A stretch of DNA of 64,000 nt from Burkholderiales bacterium (GTDB lineage: Bacteria; Pseudomonadota; Gammaproteobacteria; Burkholderiales; Burkholderiaceae_C). The stretch lies in the NCBI GenBank assembly GCA_947453625.1, contig CANGHK010000022.1:4121-68120 (forward strand). Direction: 5' to 3'. Shown piece by piece: positions 46,495-57,604 of the stretch. The notes below the pieces were generated by a model that worked only from the letters and a program-made list of their open reading frames with translations, was not told the DNA's origin and ran no database searches. Made by a program: the position numbers and the translations under genes. How positions within the stretch are numbered: the stretch's first letter is position 1; each line of letters starts with the position of its first letter.

Positions 46495-47337
46495 ATGTTC
46501 CGCACCGACCTGCTGGCGCGCAAGCGCATCCTGATCACCGGCGGCGGCACCGGCCTGGGCGCGGTGATGGCCGAGCGCTTCGCCGGGCTGGGGGCGTCGC
46601 TGGTGCTGTGCGGCCGCCGGCTCGAGGTGCTGGAGGCCACCGCCGCCCGACTGCGTGGGCTGGGCGCGGCCGAGATCGAGCTGCACCGCTGCGACATCCG
46701 CGACGCCGACGCGGTCGAGCAGATGCTGGACCGCATCTGGCAGCGCGGCCCGCTCGACGTGCTGGTCAACAACGCGGCGGCCACCTTCATCGCCCAGACC
46801 GAGCAACTGTCGGCGCGGGCGGTGGACGCGGTGCTGGCCACCACGCTGCACGGCGCGGTCTACTGCACGCTGGGCGCCGGCAAGCGCTGGATCGCCGCCG
46901 CCCATCCCGGGGTGGTGTTGAGCATCCTGTCGACCTCGGTGCGCACCGGCCGGGCCTTCACCGTGCCGTCGGCGATGGCCAAGTCCGGCCTGCAGGCGAT
47001 GACGCGCAGCCTGGCGGTCGAATGGGGACCGCACGCGATCCGGCTGGTGGCGATCGCCCCGGGCAGTTTCCCCACCCCCGGCGCCAGCCAGCAGCTGATG
47101 CCGGCCCAGCGCGCGGCCGCCGCCGCGTCGCCGGCCGCAAGAGTGCCGCTGGGGCGCGTCGGCGCGCCCGCCGAGCTGGCCAATCTGGCGGTGTTTCTGG
47201 TGGCCGACGAGGCCGGCTACATCTCGGGCGAAACCGTGGCCATAGACGGCGCCGCCCACCTGCGCAGCTCGGGCGCCGAGGACTTGCTGGCCTGGAGCCC
47301 GGCCGACTGGTCGGCCCACCGCGCCAAACGAAGCTGA
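46495..47337 (+). CDS. SDR oxidoreductase, 2,4-dienoyl-CoA reductase-like
   Basis: ITGGGTGLG, VNNAA, PSAMAK in place of YxxxK, SLAVEWG. Confidence 0.82.
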   Translation: MFRTDLLARKRILITGGGTGLGAVMAERFAGLGASLVLCGRRLEVLEATAARLRGLGAAEIELHRCDIRDADAVEQMLDRIWQRGPLDVLVNNAAATFIAQTEQLSARAVDAVLATTLHGAVYCTLGAGKRWIAAAHPGVVLSILSTSVRTGRAFTVPSAMAKSGLQAMTRSLAVEWGPHAIRLVAIAPGSFPTPGASQQLMPAQRAAAAASPAARVPLGRVGAPAELANLAVFLVADEAGYISGETVAIDGAAHLRSSGAEDLLAWSPADWSAHRAKRS

Positions 47338-47362
47338 GCGCGGCGGCGCCCCACCGGCCCGT

Positions 47363-48043
47363 TCAGACCGATAAGCCCCGCGCCAGCGTGCGGTCGACCA
47401 TCCGCAACACGCTGTCGCGCACCTGGGGCAGCGCGATGCTGGGGTCGAGCAGCCACTGCAGCATCACGCCGCGCAGCGCGCCCAGCAGCAGCACCGCCAT
47501 CGCGGCCGGATCGACGTCGGCGGCGATCTCGCCGCTGGCGATGCCGGCGCCGATCTGGGTCTCGAAGAACACCAGCGCCTGCCGGTTGTAGGCCGCCATG
47601 TCGGCGCGCAACTCGCCCTCGTCCATGAAGCCCTCGGTCATCATCACCAGCAGGGCCCGGGTGCTCGTCCACTGCTGGTCGGTGCGGCCGAAATAGACCG
47701 CGATGTTGCCGCGTATCGCGTCCAGCCCCGGCCGCCTGCGCGGCGCGGCGCGCAACTGCTGCTCGAAGCGCGCCGTGATATCGGCCGCCAGCGCGCGCAG
47801 CAGCCCGGCCTTGTTGCCGAAGCGGTGCGTCGCCAGGCCCCGGCTGTAGCCCGCGGCCTGGCCCACCGCGGCCAGCGTCAGCCGCACGGTGCCGGTGCGC
47901 GCGACGATGGCCAGCGCGGCGTCCAGCAGCCGGCGCTCGGCCTGCTCGCGGCGCTGGGTCTGGGTGCGGCGCGCCGGCGTCGCCGAAGGGCCAGCCATGG
48001 CGTCGGCCGGCCCTGCCGCCACGTCGAGCGCGCCCCCGGCCAT
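47363..48043 (-). CDS. TetR/AcrR family transcriptional regulator
   Basis: RRTQTQRR...LTLAAVGQAAGYSRGLATHRFGNK. Confidence 0.9.
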   Translation of the reverse strand: MAGGALDVAAGPADAMAGPSATPARRTQTQRREQAERRLLDAALAIVARTGTVRLTLAAVGQAAGYSRGLATHRFGNKAGLLRALAADITARFEQQLRAAPRRRPGLDAIRGNIAVYFGRTDQQWTSTRALLVMMTEGFMDEGELRADMAAYNRQALVFFETQIGAGIASGEIAADVDPAAMAVLLLGALRGVMLQWLLDPSIALPQVRDSVLRMVDRTLARGLSV

Positions 48044-48047
48044 GGCT

Positions 48048-49034
48048 TCAGCGCGGCTCGATGCCGGCGGCCAGCGCGATGCGCTTGAAGCGCTCGAGTT
48101 CGGCGCCGACGAAGGCCCGCATCTCGGCCGGCCCCAGGTCGAGCAGCAGCGACGGCTGGGCCGCCTGGTAGGCGCGCGACTCGGGGCTGGCCATCACCTT
48201 CCTGAAGCCTTCGTACAGCTTGGCCGTGATGTCGTCGGGCGTGTCCGAGCGGACGAAGAACGAGGCCCAGACATAGCTCTCGAAATCGGCGTAGCCGCTC
48301 TCCTTCATCGTCGGCACGTCGGGGAAGGCCGGGTCGCGGCGGTCGGAGGTGATGGCCAGCGCGCGCAGCCGGCGCTCGCGGATCAGCGGCGCGGCGCCGG
48401 CAAAGTCGATCGCGCCGGTGACCAACTGGCCGCCGATGATGTCGGTCATCATCGCCGCCCCACCCTTGTAGGGGATGGGCGTGACCGCCAGCCCCGACAC
48501 CGTGCCCAGCCAGGCGCCGATCAACTCGTAGCCGGCCGAGTAGTTACCCACCGCCAGCGGGATGCCGCTCTTGCGGGTCGCGTCGACCAGGTCCTTGACC
48601 GTCTTATACGGTGACTCGGCGCGCACGATGAAGGCCACCGGGCCCTTGCTGACGCCGATCACCGGCCTGAAGTCCTTGATCGGGTCGTAGGGCAGGTTCT
48701 TGATCATCACCGGGTTGACCGTCATCGGCGAGTTCGAGGCCATCAGGATGGTGTGGCCGTCGGCCGGCGCCGACTTGACGCCCTGGACCGCGATCACGCC
48801 GCTGCCGCCGGGCCGGTTTTCCACCACCACGGTCTGGTTGAACAGCCGGCCCAGCAACTCACCGTAGAAGCGCGAACTGGTGTCGGCGCCACTGCCGGCG
48901 TTGAAGGGCACCAGGATGCGGATGGGCTTGGACGGAAAGCTGGCCGCCTGGCCGAAGGCGATCAGCGGCGCCAAGCCCAGCGTCAGCCCGAACAGCGTGG
49001 CCGCGGCCCATTTCTTGAACGTGTCGTGGTTCAT
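48048..49034 (-). CDS. Bug/TctC substrate-binding protein
   Basis: KPIRILVPFNAGSGAD, VENRPGG, IPYKG. Confidence 0.92.
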   Translation of the reverse strand: MNHDTFKKWAAATLFGLTLGLAPLIAFGQAASFPSKPIRILVPFNAGSGADTSSRFYGELLGRLFNQTVVVENRPGGSGVIAVQGVKSAPADGHTILMASNSPMTVNPVMIKNLPYDPIKDFRPVIGVSKGPVAFIVRAESPYKTVKDLVDATRKSGIPLAVGNYSAGYELIGAWLGTVSGLAVTPIPYKGGAAMMTDIIGGQLVTGAIDFAGAAPLIRERRLRALAITSDRRDPAFPDVPTMKESGYADFESYVWASFFVRSDTPDDITAKLYEGFRKVMASPESRAYQAAQPSLLLDLGPAEMRAFVGAELERFKRIALAAGIEPR

Positions 49035-49091
49035 CTCGTCTCCTTGTGGGCTGCCCCGGTGGGTACGCCAGGTCCGCACCCGGGCGGGGTC

Positions 49092-50408
<1,317 letters not shown>

Positions 50409-50475
50409 TTCAGGCTTTTTCGAAGGTCATTGCCGTCGCGATGCCCCACCTGGTCATCGAAGGCTAGCACAATAC

Positions 50476-50493
50476 TTGTTGCCTGACAAACAA
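50476..50493. promoter_or_regulatory. Candidate TetR operator in a divergent promoter
   Basis: TTGTT-N8-AACAA inverted repeat in an AT-rich patch between the CoA-transferase and acyl-CoA dehydrogenase genes. Confidence 0.5.
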
Positions 50494-50599
50494 AGATAAA
50501 GCAGAATGATTTGCCGGCGGGCGCGATTTGTTCGCCCTGCCCTGGACTGTCTGCTTCATCCCCCTTCCCTTCACCCCCTGCAATCCACAAGGTCCGCCG

Positions 50600-51739
50600 A
50601 TGCAAGCCGTGAGCATTGATCCCTGCACCCTGCCGCCGCACTGCGAGGCTTTGCGCGCCGAGGTGCGCGCCTTTCTGGCCGAGACGCTGGCCGACTTCCC
50701 GGCCGAACTGCGGGTGCGCAACTGGTCGGGCACCAGCCCCGAATTCAGCGCCAAGCTGGGCGCACGCGGCTGGATAGGCATGACCTGGCCGACGCGCTAC
50801 GGCGGCCAGGCCCGCAGCCCGCTCGAGCGCTATGTGGTGCTGGAGGAGTTGCTGGCCTGCGGCGCGCCGGTGGGCGCGCATTGGGTGGCCGAGCGCCAGA
50901 GCGCGCTGCTGCTGATGCGGCTGTCGCCCGAGCTGCTGGCCCCGCGCATCGTGCCGGGCATCGCCCGCGGAGAAACCTATTTCTGCATCGGCATGAGCGA
51001 GCCCGATTCGGGCTCCGACCTGGCGTCTATCCGCACAAGGGCGGTGCGCACCGACGCCGGCTGGGTGATCAACGGCCGCAAGGTCTGGACCTCGCGCGCC
51101 CACCAGGCCCATTACATGATCGCGCTGGTCCGCACCGGCACCCAGGGCGAGGTGCGCCAAGCCGGCCTGTCGCAGCTGCTGGTGGACATGAAGACACCGG
51201 GGATGACGGTGCGTCCGATACTCAGCCAGCTCGGCGAGCATGATTTCAACGAGGTGACTTTCGACGACGTGCTGGTGCCGCATGAGCACCTGATAGGCGT
51301 CGAGGGCGACGGCTGGAGCCAGGTCTCGGGCGAGCTGGCCTTCGAGCGCAGCGGGCCCGAGCGCTACCTCAGCAGCAGCCAATTGCTGCTGGAGATGATC
51401 GCCGAGGCCGATGCCAGCGACACGCGCCACGCCGTGGCGATAGGCCGCATCGCCGCCAGCTACGCCGCGCTGCGCCAGATGTCGCTGGGCGTGTCGGGCA
51501 TGCTGGCGCGCGGCGAGAACCCGGCGGTGGCCGCCGCACTGGTCAAGGACCAGGGCGCGCTGGTCGAGCAAGCCATGCCCGACATCGCCCACGACCTGTT
51601 CGGCGGCCTGGCGCGGCCAGGTTCGGCGCTGGACCATGCGATGTCTTACACCACCCGCGCCGTACCGTCGTTCTCGCTGCGTGGCGGCACGCGGGAGATT
51701 CTGCGCGGCATCATTGCCAAGGGATTGGGACTGCGATGA
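50600..51739 (+). CDS. Acyl-CoA dehydrogenase (large subunit of a probable heteromeric pair)
   Basis: FCIGMSEPDSGSDLA, NGRKVWTS, LAFERSG, LRGGTREIL. Confidence 0.92.
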   Translation: MQAVSIDPCTLPPHCEALRAEVRAFLAETLADFPAELRVRNWSGTSPEFSAKLGARGWIGMTWPTRYGGQARSPLERYVVLEELLACGAPVGAHWVAERQSALLLMRLSPELLAPRIVPGIARGETYFCIGMSEPDSGSDLASIRTRAVRTDAGWVINGRKVWTSRAHQAHYMIALVRTGTQGEVRQAGLSQLLVDMKTPGMTVRPILSQLGEHDFNEVTFDDVLVPHEHLIGVEGDGWSQVSGELAFERSGPERYLSSSQLLLEMIAEADASDTRHAVAIGRIAASYAALRQMSLGVSGMLARGENPAVAAALVKDQGALVEQAMPDIAHDLFGGLARPGSALDHAMSYTTRAVPSFSLRGGTREILRGIIAKGLGLR

Positions 51740-52872
51740 GCGAAGCCATGAATGATTCGATGATCGAACAGAGCGCCGCGCGCCTGTTTGCCAGCCAGGT
51801 CGACCGCGCGCTGCTGACGCGCTTCGAGGCCGGCGAGTTTCCGCGGGCGCTGTGGCAACGCGCCGTCGACCAAGGCCTGACCCTGGCGCTGGCCACCGAG
51901 GACGCCGGCGGCATTGGCGCCAGCTGGGCCGAGGCCTACCCCATCCTGCGCGGCATCGGCTATTGGCAGGTGCCGCTGCCGCTGGCCGAGACCATGATCG
52001 CCGGCCTGCTGTTGTCGCTGGCCGGCGCCACCGTGCCGGACGGGCCGATCGCGCTGGTCGAGGAAAACAGCGACAACGCCTTCGTACTGACTGGCAACGA
52101 CAACGACAGCGGAGGCGGCGCGCAGCTGACCGGCAGCGCCTTGCGCGTGCGCTGGGCCAGCGCCTGCCGCTGGGCGCTGGTGTCGCTGGCCGGACCCAAC
52201 GGCCGCCAACTCGCGCTGGTCGACCTGCACCACGCCGACAGCGTGACCCTGACCGCCCGCGCCAACATGGCCAACGAGCCGTCCGACGACCTGCAACTGC
52301 GCGGCGCGCCCTGCCTGGCGCGGTTGGCCAACCCGCTGCCCGGCCTGGACAGCCCGCTGCGCACGCTGGGCGCGGTCGCCAGCAGCGCGATGATGGTCGG
52401 CGCGATGGAGTGGCTGCTCGAGCAATCGGTGCAATACGCCACCGACCGGGTGCAGTTCGGCAGGCCCATCGGCAAGAACCAGGCGATCCAGCAGCAGCTC
52501 GCGCTGCTGGCCGGCGAGGTGGCGGCGGCCCGCGTGGCGGCCATCGTGGCCTGCTCCGACGCGCCGGGTGTGGCGGCCAGCGACTGCCGCGCCAGCGTCT
52601 TCAGCGCCGCGGTGGCCAAGATCCGCTGCGGTGAAGCGGCGACCCGGGCCACGTCCATCGCCCACCAGGTGCATGGCGCGATCGGCTTCACCTACGAGCA
52701 TTCGCTGAACTTCGCCACCCGCAGGCTCTGGGCCTGGCGCGAAGCCTACGGCGCCGACGCCTGGTGGGCCGCGCGACTGGGCCAAGCCGTGATCCAGGGC
52801 GGCGCGGCGGGCTTCTGGCCGGCCATCACCGACCGCCACCTCGACGGCCTGACCCTGCCCGCCGGCCGCTGA
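51736..52872 (+). CDS. Acyl-CoA dehydrogenase (small subunit)
   Basis: RVQFGRPIGKNQAIQ, HQVHGAIGFTYEH; 4-bp overlap with the upstream gene. Confidence 0.88.
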   Translation: MSEAMNDSMIEQSAARLFASQVDRALLTRFEAGEFPRALWQRAVDQGLTLALATEDAGGIGASWAEAYPILRGIGYWQVPLPLAETMIAGLLLSLAGATVPDGPIALVEENSDNAFVLTGNDNDSGGGAQLTGSALRVRWASACRWALVSLAGPNGRQLALVDLHHADSVTLTARANMANEPSDDLQLRGAPCLARLANPLPGLDSPLRTLGAVASSAMMVGAMEWLLEQSVQYATDRVQFGRPIGKNQAIQQQLALLAGEVAAARVAAIVACSDAPGVAASDCRASVFSAAVAKIRCGEAATRATSIAHQVHGAIGFTYEHSLNFATRRLWAWREAYGADAWWAARLGQAVIQGGAAGFWPAITDRHLDGLTLPAGR

Positions 52873-52902
52873 CCTCCCCAACTTCCCAACCCGCCCGATG
52901 CC

Positions 52903-53685
52903 ATGACCGAACCCACCTCAGACCTGCGGATCAGCCGCGACCAGCATGTGGCGATCGTCGAGATCTGCCGCCCGCCGCACAACTTCTTCGACATGGCGCT
53001 GATCCGCGACCTGGCGATCGCCTTCGAGGCCATCGATGCCGACCCGGACTTGCGCAGCATCGTGCTCTGCGCCCAGGGCAGCGCGTTCTGTGCCGGTGCC
53101 AATTTCGGCACCCGCGGCGACCCGACCGGCGCCGACAGCCCGCGCCGCGTCAACCCGCTCTACGACGAGGCGCTGCGCCTGTTTGCCTGCGCCAAGCCGG
53201 TGGTGGCGGCGGTGCACGGCCCGGCCATAGGCGGCGGCCTGGGGCTGGCGCTGGTGGCCGACTTCCGCATCACCTGCCCCGAGGCGCGCTTCTCGGCCAA
53301 CTTCAACCGGCTCGGGTTCCACCCCGGTTTCGGCCTGTCGGTGACGCTGCCGCGCCTGGTCGGCGTGCAGCAGGCGGCGCTGCTGTTCTTCACCGGCCGG
53401 CGCATCGGCGGCGAGCAGGCGCTGGCCATCGGCCTGGCCGATGGGCTGGTGGCGCAAGACCAGGTGCGCGCCGAGGCGATGCGGCTGGCCCACGAGATCG
53501 CCGGGTCGGCACCGCTGGCGGTGACCTCGACCCGCGCGTCGCTGCGCCGCGGCCTGGTCGACGAGATCCGCAGCGCCGTCGCGCGGGAGAGCCTGGCGCA
53601 GAACCGCGAATTCCTCAGCGAGGACTTCAAGGAAGGCGTGGCGGCGATGACGGCGCGCCGCGAGCCGGTGTTCCACGGCCGCTAA
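52903..53685 (+). CDS. Enoyl-CoA hydratase/isomerase family protein
   Basis: FCAGAN, AIGGGLGLALVAD, LGFHPGFG. Confidence 0.88.
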   Translation: MTEPTSDLRISRDQHVAIVEICRPPHNFFDMALIRDLAIAFEAIDADPDLRSIVLCAQGSAFCAGANFGTRGDPTGADSPRRVNPLYDEALRLFACAKPVVAAVHGPAIGGGLGLALVADFRITCPEARFSANFNRLGFHPGFGLSVTLPRLVGVQQAALLFFTGRRIGGEQALAIGLADGLVAQDQVRAEAMRLAHEIAGSAPLAVTSTRASLRRGLVDEIRSAVARESLAQNREFLSEDFKEGVAAMTARREPVFHGR

Positions 53686-53747
53686 GCCGGGCAGCGCAGG
53701 CCGAGCCCGGGCGGCGCTGCCCGCCGCCCGGGCCGTAACATCGACCG

Positions 53748-56339
53748 ATGTGGCGTGCACTGCTGTCCCTGTCCCTTGCCGAATGGCGACACCATCCCTG
53801 GCGCCATGGCGTTGCGCTGCTTGCGGTTGCGCTGGGCGTGGCGCTGGCGAGTTCGGTGCAGATGATCAACGAGTCGGCGCTGGGCGAGTTCTCGCAGGCG
53901 CTGCGCTCGGTCAACGGCCAACCCGACGCGGTGCTGGCAGCCACCGACCGCGACGGTTTCGACGATGGTCTCTACGCCCGCCTGGCGCTGGACGAATCGG
54001 TGGCGCTGGTCAGCCCGGTGCTGGAGATCGACACCCAGGGCCGGCGAGGCGACGGCGCGGCCGACGCTGCGCCGGGCAACGGCGGCCAACCCACGCCACG
54101 CACGCCGCTGCGCGTGGTCGGGGTCGATGCGCTGAAGGTCGCGGCCATCGCCCCGGCACTGATGCCGCGCCCGGCGGCCGACGCCGGCTCGGCGGCTGCG
54201 GCCAGCAGCCTGCTGGACCCCGACGCCGCCTACCTCAACCCCGCCGCGCTGGCGGCGCTGGGTGTCAAGCCGGGCGACAAGATCGCGCTGCAGGCGGCCG
54301 GCGCCTGGCTGACGATGCGGGTGGCCGGCACGGTGGCCGCCGGCGGCGCGCCGCTGGTGGTGATCGACATCGCCAGCGCCCAGGCGCGCTTCAACCGCGC
54401 CGGCCGCCTGTCCCGGCTCGACCTGCGCCTGTTGCCCGGCGTGGCCCCCACCGCTTGGCAGACCGGCTTCACCCAGGCCGCCGCCCTGCCCGCGGACATC
54501 CGCTGGGCCGCCGCCGACGACGCGGTGCAGCGCGTGTCCAACCTGTCGCGCGCCTACCGGGTCAACCTGGGCGTGCTGGCGCTGGTGGCGCTGCTGGTGG
54601 GAGGCTTCCTGGTCTATTCGGTGGTCTCGCTGTCGGTGGCCCAGCGCACGCCCTCGCTGGCCTTGCTGGGCGTGCTGGGCCTGGCCGCGCGGGACCGGCG
54701 CTGGCTGGTGCTGGTCGAGAGCGCGGCGGTCGGCGCGCTGGGATCGGCGCTCGGCCTGGCCGGCGGCGCCGCGATGGCCGCGCTGGCGCTGCAACTGCTG
54801 GGCGGCGACCTGGGCGGCGGCTACTTTGCCGGCGGCGCACCCACGCTGGCCTGGCCGCCGGGCGCGCTGGCGGCCTGCGGCGCGCTGGGCATGGCCTCGG
54901 CGGTGGTCGGAGCCTGGTGGCCGGCGCGCCAGGCCGAGGCCTTGGCGCCGGCGTTGGCACTGAAGGGTCTGGGCGGCGCGGCCAATGGCTCGGCGCCGGT
55001 CTGGCCCGGCATGGCCTTGCTGGCGGCCGGCGGCAGCTTGGCCCTGTTGCCGCCGGTGGGCGGGCTGCCGCTGGCGGCCTACGCGTCAGTGGGCGCGCTG
55101 CTGGCCGGCGGCGTGGTGCTGGTGCCGGCGCTGGTGCAGGCGATGTTGGCGCACCAGACCCGGCCGCGCCAACCCATCGTGCTGCTGGCGCTGCGGCGCG
55201 CCCGCTTTGCGCGCCAGACCGCCAGCGCGACGGTGTCTGGCGTGGTGGCCAGCCTGGCGTTGTCGGTGGCCATCACGGTGATGGTGGCGAGTTTTCGGGA
55301 CGCAGTGGCGGTCTGGTTGGACAGCGCGCTGCCGGCCGACCTCTACGCCCGCAGCAGCGCCAACGCCGCCAGCGCCGACCAGGCCTTCCTGCCGCCCGGC
55401 TTCGCCGACCGCATCGCCCGCCTGCCCGGGGTGGCGCGGGTGCAGACCTCGCGCGGCGTGCCCCTGCAGTTGCAGCCCCAGCAGCCCGCCGTCACGCTGG
55501 TGGCGCGCACGCTGGGCGCCGATCCGGCCGCCACGCTGCCGATGCTGGGCGAGGTGCTGCCGCCGGTGGCCGGTGAGTTGGCGGTGTTCGTCAGCGAGCC
55601 GGCGGCCGCGCTCTACGGATGGACGCTGGGCGACCGCATCACCCTGCCGCTGCGCGCCGCCGAAAGCCGCGCGCCGCGCGCGGTGACGGTGCGCATCCGC
55701 GGTGTCTGGCGCGACTACGCCCGCCAGTTCGGCGCCATCGCGATCGAGGCCACCGACTACCAGCGCCTGACCGGCGACACGCGCGCCAACGACCTGGCGC
55801 TGTGGCTGGCACCCGGGGCCGCGCCGGCTGCGGTCGAGGCCGCGCTGCGCATTGCCGCCGGGCCCGACCTGCCGCTGGAGATCGCCAGCACGGCCTCGCT
55901 GCGCACGCTGTCGCTGCGCATCTTCGACCGCAGCTTTGCCGTCACCTTCTACCTGCAGGCAGTGGCGATCGCGGTCGGCCTGGTCGGCGTGGCGGCCAGC
56001 CTGTCGGCCCAGGTGCTGGCGCGGCGCAAGGAGTTCGGCCTGCTCGCCCACCTCGGGCTGACGCGGCGCCAGGTGATCGCCCTGGTCGGCCTGGAGGCCG
56101 CGGCCTGGCTGCTGGCCGGCACCTTGATCGGCCTGGCGCTGGGCGGGGCGATGGCCGCAGTGCTGGTCTACGTGGTCAACCCGCAGAGCTTCCACTGGAC
56201 CATGCCACTGCAATGGCCGCTGCAGCGCCTGGCCGCGCTGGCCGGCGCGGTACTGGCCGCGGGCATCGCCACCGCGCTGTGGAGCGCACGCCGGGCCGCA
56301 GGCCGCTCGGCCGTGCTGGCGGTCAAGGAAGACTGGTGA
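53748..56339 (+). CDS. FtsX/MacB-type ABC transporter permease (AttF/AttG-like fusion)
   Basis: Two FtsX-like halves (SVAQRTPSLALLGVLG; VLARRKEFGLLAHLG), VVNPQSFHW. Confidence 0.88.
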   Translation: MWRALLSLSLAEWRHHPWRHGVALLAVALGVALASSVQMINESALGEFSQALRSVNGQPDAVLAATDRDGFDDGLYARLALDESVALVSPVLEIDTQGRRGDGAADAAPGNGGQPTPRTPLRVVGVDALKVAAIAPALMPRPAADAGSAAAASSLLDPDAAYLNPAALAALGVKPGDKIALQAAGAWLTMRVAGTVAAGGAPLVVIDIASAQARFNRAGRLSRLDLRLLPGVAPTAWQTGFTQAAALPADIRWAAADDAVQRVSNLSRAYRVNLGVLALVALLVGGFLVYSVVSLSVAQRTPSLALLGVLGLAARDRRWLVLVESAAVGALGSALGLAGGAAMAALALQLLGGDLGGGYFAGGAPTLAWPPGALAACGALGMASAVVGAWWPARQAEALAPALALKGLGGAANGSAPVWPGMALLAAGGSLALLPPVGGLPLAAYASVGALLAGGVVLVPALVQAMLAHQTRPRQPIVLLALRRARFARQTASATVSGVVASLALSVAITVMVASFRDAVAVWLDSALPADLYARSSANAASADQAFLPPGFADRIARLPGVARVQTSRGVPLQLQPQQPAVTLVARTLGADPAATLPMLGEVLPPVAGELAVFVSEPAAALYGWTLGDRITLPLRAAESRAPRAVTVRIRGVWRDYARQFGAIAIEATDYQRLTGDTRANDLALWLAPGAAPAAVEAALRIAAGPDLPLEIASTASLRTLSLRIFDRSFAVTFYLQAVAIAVGLVGVAASLSAQVLARRKEFGLLAHLGLTRRQVIALVGLEAAAWLLAGTLIGLALGGAMAAVLVYVVNPQSFHWTMPLQWPLQRLAALAGAVLAAGIATALWSARRAAGRSAVLAVKEDW

Positions 56340-57532
56340 GCGCCCCCAAAGGAGAAACACTTGGGGCGGCCCGGCGTCTGGTTCTCGAGCGGCCGGGCCG
56401 CCGCGCCGCGCTGCAGGCCGCGTTGGGCAGTTGGGCGGCGCTGGCCGGATCGAACGCGGCATCGGCCACCCCATCGCCCACGCCGGCCAGCACCGACGAC
56501 GACCGCATCGCGCCCGACCGCCGGCTGGCCTTCCCGCGCGACCACGGCGCGCACGCTGGCGCGCGCATCGAATGGTGGTATGCCACCGGCTGGCTGCAGG
56601 CCACCGACGGGGACGCCGGGCTGGTCGGCTTCCAGCTCACCTTCTTCCGCAGCCGCACCGGCGTGGCCGACCAACTGCCCGGCCGCTTCGCGCCTCGCCA
56701 GTTGCTGTTCGCCCATGCCGCGGTCAGCGACATCGGCGCGGGCACCCACCGCCATGCCCAGCGCATCACGCGCTGGTCGGGCGACGAGACCCTGCCCGAA
56801 GCCCATGCCGGGCGCGCCGACACCGCGCTGGCGCTGGGCCGCTGGACGCTCAAGCGCGCACCGGACGACGGCTACCGCGCGCTGCTGGCCGCGCCCGAGG
56901 CCGGCTTCGCGCTCGACCTGAGGCTGCAACCCACCCAGCCGCTGCTGCTGCAGGGCGACGCCGGCCATTCACGCAAGGGCCCGCTGGCGACCCAGGCCAG
57001 CCACTACTACAGCCAGCCGCAGTTGGCGGTCGACGCGGTGCTGACGCTGGCAGGCCGGCGCCGGCCGCTGGCCGGCCGCGGCTGGCTGGACCACGAGTGG
57101 AGCGACGAACTGCTGGCCCCCGGCGCCGTGGGCTGGGACTGGATGGGCATCAACCTGACCGACGGCAGCGCCCTCACCGCCTTCGTGCTGCGGCGCGCCG
57201 ACGGCAGCACCGTCTGGGCCGGTGGCAGCCACCGGCCGGCCGGCGGCGCGCTGCGCAGCTTCGGGCCGGAGGAGGTCGAATTCAGCGCCCAGCGCCGCTG
57301 GACCAGCCCGGCCACCGGTGCCAGCTACCCGGTGCACTGGCGCCTGCGCACGCCAGCGGGCCGATTCGAGCTGCGGGCGCTGCTCGATGACCAGGAACTC
57401 GACAGCCGGGCGTCCACCGGCACGGTGTACTGGGAGGGCCTGGCCGAGTTGCTGGCGCCAGACGGTGGCCGGGTCGGGCTGGGCTACCTGGAGATGACGG
57501 GCCGGGCCCAGCCCTTGACGCTGGGGTTCTGA
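56336..57532 (+). CDS. AttH-like lipocalin / CrtC-family secreted protein
   Basis: FPRDHGAH, IEWWY, SHYYSQP, WLDHEWS, GWDW, YWEG, GYLEMTG; GTG overlaps the permease TGA; RR motif near the N-terminus. Confidence 0.85.
   Translation: MSAPKGETLGAARRLVLERPGRRAALQAALGSWAALAGSNAASATPSPTPASTDDDRIAPDRRLAFPRDHGAHAGARIEWWYATGWLQATDGDAGLVGFQLTFFRSRTGVADQLPGRFAPRQLLFAHAAVSDIGAGTHRHAQRITRWSGDETLPEAHAGRADTALALGRWTLKRAPDDGYRALLAAPEAGFALDLRLQPTQPLLLQGDAGHSRKGPLATQASHYYSQPQLAVDAVLTLAGRRRPLAGRGWLDHEWSDELLAPGAVGWDWMGINLTDGSALTAFVLRRADGSTVWAGGSHRPAGGALRSFGPEEVEFSAQRRWTSPATGASYPVHWRLRTPAGRFELRALLDDQELDSRASTGTVYWEGLAELLAPDGGRVGLGYLEMTGRAQPLTLGF
56341..56386. repeat. Shortened third copy of the 11.9-kb REP-like repeat
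   Basis: CGCCCCCAAAGGAGAAACACTTGGGGCGGCCCGGCGTCTGGTTCTC. Confidence 0.85.
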
Positions 57533-57604
57533 CGGCTTGGGCTTGATTCGAAGGCGCTGCCGGGAGACCGGGGTCGCGACAGCCCCGGCGATCGCCTGGC
57601 CGCG

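Noticed and set aside
56336..57532. Calling this gene crtC (carotenoid 1,2-hydratase)
   Set aside because: It shares the fold family, but the context (FtsX permease, secretion signal, no crt genes) fits the AttH-like group.
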